The notes below the pieces were generated by a model. The model was given only the letters and a program-made list of their open reading frames with translations, ran no database searches and was not told the DNA's origin. DNA of 64,000 bases from Candidatus Culexarchaeum yellowstonense (GTDB lineage Archaea > Thermoproteota > Methanomethylicia > Culexarchaeales > Culexarchaeaceae): positions 74,007 to 138,006 of the forward strand of contig JANGFR010000002.1 in NCBI GenBank assembly GCA_024707015.1, read 5' to 3'. Both the position numbers and the translations under genes were made by a program. Shown piece after piece: positions 49,623 through 56,729 of this stretch (the first letter of the stretch is position 1; the number at the start of each line of letters is the position of its first letter).

Positions 49623-50104
49623 GATCTCACCCTCTCCAAAACCTCCCTCCTAGGTAATACTTGAAGTGCACCAGTACTACAATACTTTGCACATAGAAAT
49701 TCACCTTTACATGCATCGCATTTAACGCTAACCCTCAACCTCTCATCGAAAAAAGGTATTGAGATGGGGCATGCATAATTACAGCTTCTACAACCAATAC
49801 ATAGAGCTGGATTTATGAGTACAAATCCTGTTACAGTATCCTTACTTATAGCTTTAGGTTCCACTGGACATGCAGCCATACAAAATGGGTCTTGACAATG
49901 ACTGCAGTAGTTGTTTATGAAGAGTGGATTCCCCTCAGGGTTCAATGCCACCATCAAGTATGCCTTCGAAATATCAATTACCCCATAATGCTTGTATGAG
50001 CAAACCTCCATGCAATATAGGCATCCTGAACATTTATTTGGATCGTAGAAGAGCACTTTCTGTTCCTCTAAATTCAAGGTGCATGCCCCACAACAATTTT
50101 TCAC
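49619..50104 (-). CDS. Polyferredoxin, 4x[4Fe-4S] (HycB/DmsB/HdrC-like electron-transfer subunit)
   Basis: Four CxxCxxCx3C-type motifs: CSGCLYCMEVC, CSHCQDPFCMAACP, CIGCRSCNYACP and CDACKGEFLCAKYC. 161 aa. Confidence 0.8.
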   Translation of the reverse strand: MKNCCGACTLNLEEQKVLFYDPNKCSGCLYCMEVCSYKHYGVIDISKAYLMVALNPEGNPLFINNYCSHCQDPFCMAACPVEPKAISKDTVTGFVLINPALCIGCRSCNYACPISIPFFDERLRVSVKCDACKGEFLCAKYCSTGALQVLPRREVLERVRS

Positions 50105-50502
50105 TGCTGATACTTAGAGTACTCCTCGGCAGTTAAAAGTTCATCCTTCTCCTCTTCCCACTTTGTTGGTTGAATTATAACTAGCCATCCAGCTCCATAT
50201 GGATCTGCATTAACAAGTGATGGCTGCTTTAAAACCCTCTCATTAACCTGCTTTATAACACCACTAACTGGGGATATAAGGTCGCTGGTGGCTTTAGTGG
50301 ACTCTATAACTCCGAATGGCTCGTACTGTGAAACTGTTGTGCCAACATTCTCTAATCTAATTCTCCTAACGGTCTTCAGCATCTTTTGTGCATAATCTGT
50401 TATCCCAACCCTAACGGTTCCATCGGGCAGAAGTTCAGCCCATGTATGGTCTGGAATGTAATATATGCCTTCACGCAAAACATAACTCTTACTCATACCC
50501 AC
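50101..50502 (-). CDS. Glycine-cleavage H-protein-like lipoyl-carrier protein (GcvH/LbpA-like)
   Basis: HTWAEL...VRVGITDYAQKML...ESTKATSDLISPVSGVI...NADPYGAGW reproduces the GcvH fold motifs (HxW, GITDxAQ, ESVKAxSDxxxPxSG, NxDPYGxGW), with the lipoyl-Lys in ESTKA. 133 aa. No gcvT or gcvP nearby. Confidence 0.75.
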   Translation of the reverse strand: MGMSKSYVLREGIYYIPDHTWAELLPDGTVRVGITDYAQKMLKTVRRIRLENVGTTVSQYEPFGVIESTKATSDLISPVSGVIKQVNERVLKQPSLVNADPYGAGWLVIIQPTKWEEEKDELLTAEEYSKYQQ

Positions 50503-50593
50503 ACACCTGGCAAAATAAGATTATACTTGATTTCTTAAATAGTTTACCATAAGCCAGCAAAGTGAAATATAGGTTGATTTAAAAAAATGTGGT

Positions 50594-52270
50594 TTAAATT
50601 GGGAATATTGGTATGGCTTTGGATAGAACCTTTTCCCCTCTATATTCTGGTAGTAGCATTGGTGCACGCCTATCCTTTGGAGCGCCGATCTTCTCAAGCT
50701 CTTCAACATATCTTGGTATGTGATTCAATGTTAGCTTCCCTGGGCTAGCACCACTCTTAACATATTTTGCAGCTGAAATGCCAGCTCTCCTACCATAGAC
50801 TTGGGTGTCTAGCAGTGAGTTGCCCATAAGTCTATTCTTCCCATGAACCCCACTTGTAACCTCCCCAGCTGCGAAGAAACCTTCAATTATTCCATTGGCA
50901 TCTAAAACCTGTCCATACTTGTTTATACATACGCCGCCATTCATGTAGTGTAATGTTGGGAAGACGAGTATAGGCTCTTTTGTGACATCTATACCGAACC
51001 TTGCATACATCCTATATACTGAGGATAGATACCTCTTAGTGGCGCCTTCTCCTCTAACAATGTCCACCATTGGAGTATCAAGCCAAACCCCCCTAACCCC
51101 AGTCGGCGTAACTATACCCTTGTTTCTACCATAGCATTCCCTTATTATTGCCGCTGAGACAGCATCTCTAGTTTCGAGTGGATATACGAATTGTTCACCA
51201 TCAATGTTAACTAGCTGTGCACCCATGGATCTAACTTTCTCAGTTATGAGCAATCCAAGTATCTGATCTGGGTACGCTGCACCTGTTGGATGGTATTGTG
51301 TGGCGTCTAGATCCCTTAGCTTTGCCCCAACCCTATAAGCTAGGACTACTCCATCCATTGTGGCTCCATAGTGATTTGTGGTTGGGAAGTTTTGTATGTG
51401 TAGTCTACCATAACCTCCAGTGGCTAAGACTACGGCTTTAGCTCTAGCAACATAATACTCCTTTGTCTCCATATTCCATAGTATTGCACCTGTAACTCTA
51501 TTTCCAGAATCATCTGTTAGCAATTCTATTGCTGGAGAAAATTCCAGTATGCGTATCCCCCTATTCAATACTTCATCCATCAATACACGCATGATTTCAA
51601 GTCCAGTGTAATCTTTGCATGAGTGCATCCTATTCCTAGATGTACCTCCACCTGAAACTTCAATCATCGTTCCATCGGGCTCCTTATCGAACATGACGCC
51701 TAAATCTTCAAGCCACTTTATTATGAATGGGGCATCCCTGACAAGCTCCCTAACGAGCTCAGGGTCATTTGTGTACTGTCCACCACCCATAATGTCTAGG
51801 AAGTGTCTTGCAGGGCTATCATTCGGTCTATCTGCAGCCTGTATACCTCCTTGAGCCATCTTGGTATTTGCATCCCCAAACCTAAGCTTTGTGGCTATGA
51901 GAATGTTCTCTGCAGGTATACCCTCAATGTTAGCCCATAATGCTGCAGAAGCCCCTGCACCTCCACCTCCAATCACAAGTATATCTACATCGTAATCTAT
52001 CTTGCTCAAATCTATATCCTTTGGATCTATTAGTGGATAGGCTTCAATGAGGTTTGCAACTTCATGTGGAACCATTAATCCAGCACTTGGGCCAATCTTT
52101 ATAGGCCTCTTAGTCCCCTCCTTATAATCTGGATGCCAAGTTTTGAGGAGCTCCATCTTCTCATCTGGGCTAAGCCGTCTATACCTCTCCTTAAGCCTCC
52201 TCTCCCTAGTCTCCTCCACAATCTTAATGTATTCCCTCATGTAATCTGGATACCCAATCTTCTGAGACAT
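50594..52270 (-). CDS. FAD flavoprotein of the fumarate reductase/succinate dehydrogenase/L-aspartate oxidase superfamily (non-covalent-FAD type)
   Basis: DVDILVIGGGGAGASAA dinucleotide fold and HPTG active-site motif. C-terminal RLMGNSLLDTQVYGRRAG. The covalent-FAD histidine position reads ANTKMAQGG (K, not H), as in NadB and TfrA. An unusual ~90-aa N-terminal extension precedes the FAD fold. 558 aa. Confidence 0.8.
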   Translation of the reverse strand: MSQKIGYPDYMREYIKIVEETRERRLKERYRRLSPDEKMELLKTWHPDYKEGTKRPIKIGPSAGLMVPHEVANLIEAYPLIDPKDIDLSKIDYDVDILVIGGGGAGASAALWANIEGIPAENILIATKLRFGDANTKMAQGGIQAADRPNDSPARHFLDIMGGGQYTNDPELVRELVRDAPFIIKWLEDLGVMFDKEPDGTMIEVSGGGTSRNRMHSCKDYTGLEIMRVLMDEVLNRGIRILEFSPAIELLTDDSGNRVTGAILWNMETKEYYVARAKAVVLATGGYGRLHIQNFPTTNHYGATMDGVVLAYRVGAKLRDLDATQYHPTGAAYPDQILGLLITEKVRSMGAQLVNIDGEQFVYPLETRDAVSAAIIRECYGRNKGIVTPTGVRGVWLDTPMVDIVRGEGATKRYLSSVYRMYARFGIDVTKEPILVFPTLHYMNGGVCINKYGQVLDANGIIEGFFAAGEVTSGVHGKNRLMGNSLLDTQVYGRRAGISAAKYVKSGASPGKLTLNHIPRYVEELEKIGAPKDRRAPMLLPEYRGEKVLSKAIPIFPI

Positions 52271-52273
52271 AAC

Positions 52274-52981
52274 CTATCCCTCCGGACTTTCAATATCCCT
52301 ACTATCATACAACTTCTTCAGTTCAGCAGAGCTCATTTTAACCAGCTTATCAAGTTCCATATCAAATTTCCCCTCCTCTATCTCCTTAACCCTAATTTCA
52401 AGATGCTTGGCTTTTGGAGCCATATATTTGCCATAGAGCCTCCTAACCAACTGAAATACGTGATAATGGATTATTTCAGCTGGACATCTAATGCTACATA
52501 ATCCACATGAAATGCAGTCAAAGCATAACTCAGCGGCTTTGGCTATATCCCCCCTCTTAATCATCTGTATTGCATCCATAACCTGCAATTCCTGTGGGCA
52601 TGCCTTAGTACAAGAATTGCATGCAACACATCTAGCTACTTCGGGATATAATGCCAATACATTTGCACCTGTAGGCTTTAACTCCTCAATATTATACTTA
52701 ACCTTCTCCGCTGGTGCAAAGGGTATTTGAACAAGGTACATTCCATCTTGAACTGTTGTTTGGCATGCTAGAGCTGTGTAGAGCCTATAATCCCCCTTAA
52801 GCCTATATATCGTTGCACATGCACCGCAGAATCCACCCCTACAACCAGCACCCCTAATATACTGGTATCCAGCATACTCAACAGCCTTCATTATAGTTAT
52901 CCCAGCAGGAACTTCATACTCCTTACCCATAATGTATATTTTCACGGTCCTCTTAGGTTCAGTTTGACCCGCCATGTTCAT
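52274..52981 (-). CDS. Iron-sulfur subunit, SdhB/FrdB-like (2Fe-2S plus 2x[4Fe-4S]-type Cys clusters)
   Basis: Plant-ferredoxin-like CRGGFCGAC...C, then CVACNSCTKACP and CFDCISCGLCSIRCP. 235 aa. Overlaps the downstream HdrB gene by 4 nt. Confidence 0.75.
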   Translation of the reverse strand: MNMAGQTEPKRTVKIYIMGKEYEVPAGITIMKAVEYAGYQYIRGAGCRGGFCGACATIYRLKGDYRLYTALACQTTVQDGMYLVQIPFAPAEKVKYNIEELKPTGANVLALYPEVARCVACNSCTKACPQELQVMDAIQMIKRGDIAKAAELCFDCISCGLCSIRCPAEIIHYHVFQLVRRLYGKYMAPKAKHLEIRVKEIEEGKFDMELDKLVKMSSAELKKLYDSRDIESPEG

Positions 52982-53832
52982 CCACCACCAATTTTACTCT
53001 TAAAGATTGAAAGGGTTTCTTGGGATAGTTTTTCGTCGAGGCCCATGGCATAAGCCATCAACTCAGTGAAATATAGTGTTGGTATATTAAATTTGTTTCT
53101 AACGATATTTAAGTTGTAATGGCAAAGTGGACATGCAGTTATTATCATATCTGCACCCCACCTCCCAGCAGCCCTAACTATCTCCCCAACAGTCCTCTCA
53201 ACCATACTCCTATCATAAACCACATTATAAGAACCACAACACCTCTTCTCATATGGGAATTTAATGGGCTTAGCGCCTAAACTGGAGATCAAATCTGATA
53301 GTATGTGTGGATCTTCAGGGTCATCTATACCAATACCCCTTGGTCTAAGTAGTGAACAACTATAGAATGGTGCAACCTTTAATTTGCTTAAATCCCTCTT
53401 AACAGCCTCCCTAACCCTCTTTAAACCTATGATATTATCATCCAATATTATTTCAAGCACATGCTTAACATCCACACCACAATTATATCTAGGCTCATCA
53501 TCCATGTACTTACTTAGATTGTCAAGCTTCTCAGGATCACTTGTAACGATCTCATTAACCTTCTTCAATGTGCTATAACACATGGAGCATAGGGTTATAA
53601 GCCTATTATCCCCAACCTTACCCATAAACTCCTGAGCCCTTACAAGATCCCTCAGTGGAGCAACATGCTGCATAACTGCATCAGCAGAATACTCATACAT
53701 CACACCACAGCAATTCCATCTATCCAGCTCCACAAGCTCCACATCAAAAAGCTTCAAAACTGCAATGGCGGAATCCTCATAGCTTTTAGCGTAATCCTTA
53801 ACTGAGCAGCCAGGGTAATACATGAACTTCAA
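52978..53832 (-). CDS. hdrB: Heterodisulfide reductase subunit B (two CCG domains)
   Basis: PGCSV...CCG...CSMC and C...CCGSY...CPLC give two full Cx(n)CCGx(n)CxxC repeats. 284 aa. Confidence 0.8.
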   Translation of the reverse strand: MKFMYYPGCSVKDYAKSYEDSAIAVLKLFDVELVELDRWNCCGVMYEYSADAVMQHVAPLRDLVRAQEFMGKVGDNRLITLCSMCYSTLKKVNEIVTSDPEKLDNLSKYMDDEPRYNCGVDVKHVLEIILDDNIIGLKRVREAVKRDLSKLKVAPFYSCSLLRPRGIGIDDPEDPHILSDLISSLGAKPIKFPYEKRCCGSYNVVYDRSMVERTVGEIVRAAGRWGADMIITACPLCHYNLNIVRNKFNIPTLYFTELMAYAMGLDEKLSQETLSIFKSKIGGG

Positions 53833-53838
53833 CCACGA

Positions 53839-54210
53839 TCACCCCGTAAGCTTCCTTGAAGCTGATATCAGAGCTATTTGAGGTAAATCCCCAAGCCCCT
53901 TAACCCTCCTCAAATCCACTGGATAAATGTTTTTACGTTGAACAATGGTTCTAAGGACATTTATCATTCTAGCTGGATCTATATCCCTCGGACACCTAAC
54001 ACTACAAGTATTACATGAAGCACAAACCCAAATGGTCTTGCAATTCAAAACCTCAGGCATATCGAGTTGAATCATCCTTATAACTTGATGTGGAGGAACA
54101 TCCATATCCTTAATCATTGGACAGCTACCACTACAAATACCACATTGAATACATAGGTATGGATTCTTCCCACTCAACTCATAAACAGTTTGAGGTAAAC
54201 CTCTAAACAT
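53839..54210 (-). CDS. hdrC: Heterodisulfide reductase subunit C (2x[4Fe-4S])
   Basis: CIQCGICSGSCP and CASCNTCSVRCP with the HdrC-type C-terminal extension. 123 aa. Confidence 0.8.
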   Translation of the reverse strand: MFRGLPQTVYELSGKNPYLCIQCGICSGSCPMIKDMDVPPHQVIRMIQLDMPEVLNCKTIWVCASCNTCSVRCPRDIDPARMINVLRTIVQRKNIYPVDLRRVKGLGDLPQIALISASRKLTG

Positions 54211-54221
54211 GACTACACCCC

Positions 54222-56612
54222 CTAAACCTTAATCCTCCCCCTATCCTCAACACTCAATGGGCCAAGCTTCTCCACAATGGATACAAGATCACCTAAATCC
54301 TTCACAAGCCTCTCAGCCATATCGACGGCTATGGTGTCAAATTTAAGCCTCCTAGCATCAATCCTATATTTCCTCATCTGGGATCTAGCCTCCCTAATAA
54401 CATCGTTAATTACATCTAAAACTTTGGGATGATATGGCGATGCCCCCTCAAGGCAGTCTCCAATGAAAACTCCATCAGCACCATACTTGAATGCACTCAA
54501 TATTATTTTTGGTGTAAGTCTACTTGCACTTGGAACAGTTATAACCCTAACCCTATTATCATAGGTAAGCCTACTGGTACCTGCAAGATCTGCAGCCCTA
54601 TAAGTGCAGGAGTCATCGAAGAATGCTATAACTCTAATTTCACCATCCCTCTTACTCTTAAGAGCCCCCTCAATCTGGCTTAAAATTTGCTTCTCACTGT
54701 AATGCTTCAATTCAATAGCCCCCCTTGGGCAGTATGGTATGCAACTTCCACAACCAACACATAGAGCTTCACTAATATGCGCCTTACCATCCACCATACT
54801 TATAGCCCCCAGCGGACACTTATCAACACATACTCCACAACCATTACATAATTCAGCAATTACATAGGCTTTTATTGGCTCTATAAGTATCCTACCCTGA
54901 CTTATGAGTCTAAGAGTTCTCCCAGCAGCTGCACTGGCCTGAGCCACACTATCAGCTATATCCTTAGGTCCCTGTGCACACCCACATATGAAAACCCCCT
55001 CCCTAAGCGTATCCACAGGCCTATACTTCGGGTGAGCTTCAAGGAGGAATCCATCTGGACCTATATTCAACTTGAGCTTCTTAGCCAACTCCTCAACACC
55101 ACGTGATGGAACTAGACCCACAGATAAAACCACAAGATCAAATTCATCTTCAATAAATCTTCCAGTCAACGTATCTTCAGCCCTAACTATAACCCTACCA
55201 CTCACGGGATCCTCAATGACCTCACTAACCTTCCCCCTAACGAATTTAACACCCAAATCCTGTGCCCTCATATAGTATTCTTCAAACCCCTTACCATAAG
55301 CTCTAATATCAATGTAGAATAAGGTTATATCCCTAGTTACATCTTGCCTCTTCAACGTCATAGCCTGCTTAATAGTGTACATGCAACAAACCCTCGAACA
55401 TCCAGGTCTACCAATCTGCTCATCCCTAGAACCCACACAATGTATGAATGCAATCTTCCGGGCAAGTTGACCATCAGATAACCTAATAACCTTACCACCA
55501 GTTGGGCCTACTGGCATAACCATCCTCTCCAATTGTGGCGCTATTATAACATTCTTGTATACTCCGTAACCGTACTGTTTAAGTTTAGTTGCATCGAAGG
55601 GCTCATAGCCAGTGGCAACGATTATTGCATCCACAACAATATCCAATATCCTCTCCTTATCATCGAAGTTTATAGCCTTCTGTGGGCAAACCCTCTCACA
55701 AACCCTACATATCCCCTTAGTTAAGTATAGGCAGGATTTTGGGTCTATGAGATACTTGTATGGAACAGCCATTTCATGTGGAACGTATATTGCCCTCCTA
55801 TTCCTAAGGCCATAATTGAATTCATCTGGCGCAGATGCAGGGCATTTTGATGCACATATCCCACAAGCAACACATTTACTCATATCAACATATCTCGGTT
55901 TAACCTTAACCTTAACATGGAAATCACCCACACTCCCACTAACATCCTCAACTTCACTGTAAGTCAATAATGTAATGTTTGGATGATTATACACTGCAGC
56001 CATTTTTGGTGAGAGTATACAGAGGGAGCAGTCGTCAGTTGGGAATGTGTAGCTTAACTGAGCCATCCTACCCCCAATTGCGGGTTCCTTCTCAACCAAG
56101 TAAACTTTACAACCAGAATCAGCCAAATCCAATGCAGCCTGAATCCCAGCTATGCCAGCACCAATAACCATAACCCTATTCCCAACCTTAACCTCCCTCG
56201 CCTTCAGAGGTTCATTAAGATTAACTTTACCAATAGCAGCCATTATCTGATCAATGGCTCTTCTGGTAGCCCCATCTGGATCGTTGGAGTGAACCCATGA
56301 ATCCTGCTCCCTAATATTAACCATCTCAAACAAGTATGGGTTTAAACCAGAATCCTCGAGGAGCTTCATGAATGTTGGACCGTGAAATTTTGGGGAACAA
56401 GCTGCAATGATAACCCTATTCAAATTATATCGTTTAATATCCTCCCTAATCTCCCTCTGACCAGCCTCAGAACATACATGCTCATTATCCTTAACTAGAA
56501 CAACACCATCAACACCGCTAATGGCCTTCAAAACCTCATTTATCCTAACGACATTGGATATATTTCCACCACAATGACAAACATAGACACCAATCCTAGC
56601 ATCATTAGCCAT
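54222..56612 (-). CDS. hdrA: Heterodisulfide reductase subunit A with a C-terminal MvhD-like domain fusion
   Basis: N-terminal VYVCHCGGNIS (HdrA N-domain), FAD-binding VIGAGIAGIQAALDLADSG, inserted ferredoxin motifs (CVACGICASKCP, CRVCERVCP), a C-terminal 2x[4Fe-4S] domain (CNGCGVCVDKCP / CVGCGSCIPYCP), then an MvhD-like tail (FFDDSCTY...FKYGADGVFIGDCLEG). 796 aa. Confidence 0.85.
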   Translation of the reverse strand: MANDARIGVYVCHCGGNISNVVRINEVLKAISGVDGVVLVKDNEHVCSEAGQREIREDIKRYNLNRVIIAACSPKFHGPTFMKLLEDSGLNPYLFEMVNIREQDSWVHSNDPDGATRRAIDQIMAAIGKVNLNEPLKAREVKVGNRVMVIGAGIAGIQAALDLADSGCKVYLVEKEPAIGGRMAQLSYTFPTDDCSLCILSPKMAAVYNHPNITLLTYSEVEDVSGSVGDFHVKVKVKPRYVDMSKCVACGICASKCPASAPDEFNYGLRNRRAIYVPHEMAVPYKYLIDPKSCLYLTKGICRVCERVCPQKAINFDDKERILDIVVDAIIVATGYEPFDATKLKQYGYGVYKNVIIAPQLERMVMPVGPTGGKVIRLSDGQLARKIAFIHCVGSRDEQIGRPGCSRVCCMYTIKQAMTLKRQDVTRDITLFYIDIRAYGKGFEEYYMRAQDLGVKFVRGKVSEVIEDPVSGRVIVRAEDTLTGRFIEDEFDLVVLSVGLVPSRGVEELAKKLKLNIGPDGFLLEAHPKYRPVDTLREGVFICGCAQGPKDIADSVAQASAAAGRTLRLISQGRILIEPIKAYVIAELCNGCGVCVDKCPLGAISMVDGKAHISEALCVGCGSCIPYCPRGAIELKHYSEKQILSQIEGALKSKRDGEIRVIAFFDDSCTYRAADLAGTSRLTYDNRVRVITVPSASRLTPKIILSAFKYGADGVFIGDCLEGASPYHPKVLDVINDVIREARSQMRKYRIDARRLKFDTIAVDMAERLVKDLGDLVSIVEKLGPLSVEDRGRIKV

Positions 56613-56659
56613 GATCCCGCCACCAACATAGCAAGGGGAAACCTACTTAAACCAATATT

Positions 56660-56667
56660 CAACAATA
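56660..56667 (-). promoter_or_regulatory. TATA-like box (TTATAAAT on the minus strand) about 48-55 nt upstream of the hdrA ATG; candidate promoter of the 16-gene operon
   Basis: The only strong TATA-like element in the 117-nt divergent region 56613-56729. Confidence 0.3.
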
Positions 56668-56729
56668 CAATTTATAAGTTTTGGTTGGGTAATGTGTGGG
56701 AAAACATTATCTATAGGCATTAAACCATA

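Noticed and set aside
50503-50593. Possible internal promoter in the 91-nt gap upstream of the GcvH-like gene
   Set aside because: It has only weak TATA-like sequences (AAGTATAATC on the minus strand). This is not convincing enough to list as a feature. It is mentioned in the operon finding.
50594-52270. Calling the flavoprotein simply nadB (L-aspartate oxidase)
   Set aside because: The non-covalent-FAD motif fits NadB. But the gene sits between an SdhB-like Fe-S subunit and redox partners in a 16-gene operon, and it has an atypical 90-aa N-terminal extension. Operon context favours a Frd/Tfr-like role. I left the question open as a finding.
3400-56612. Numerous 60-130-aa ORFs nested inside or antisense to the large genes (e.g. 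4457..4678, 5535..6056, 7094..7330, 11796..12176, 38316..38724, 51615..51854, 55072..55275)
   Set aside because: Each overlaps a longer ORF with clear family motifs. Their own translations are low-complexity with no motifs. I treat them as frame shadows.
48465-56612. Interpreting the Hdr + GcvH-like genes as a sulfur-oxidising sHdr-LbpA system
   Set aside because: sHdr loci have a short HdrA, duplicated hdrC1B1/hdrC2B2 and dsrE/tusA neighbours. Here HdrA is the long ferredoxin- and MvhD-containing type. No dsrE or tusA is present, and the cluster is fused to a hydrogenase. The analogy is limited to the lipoyl-carrier idea.
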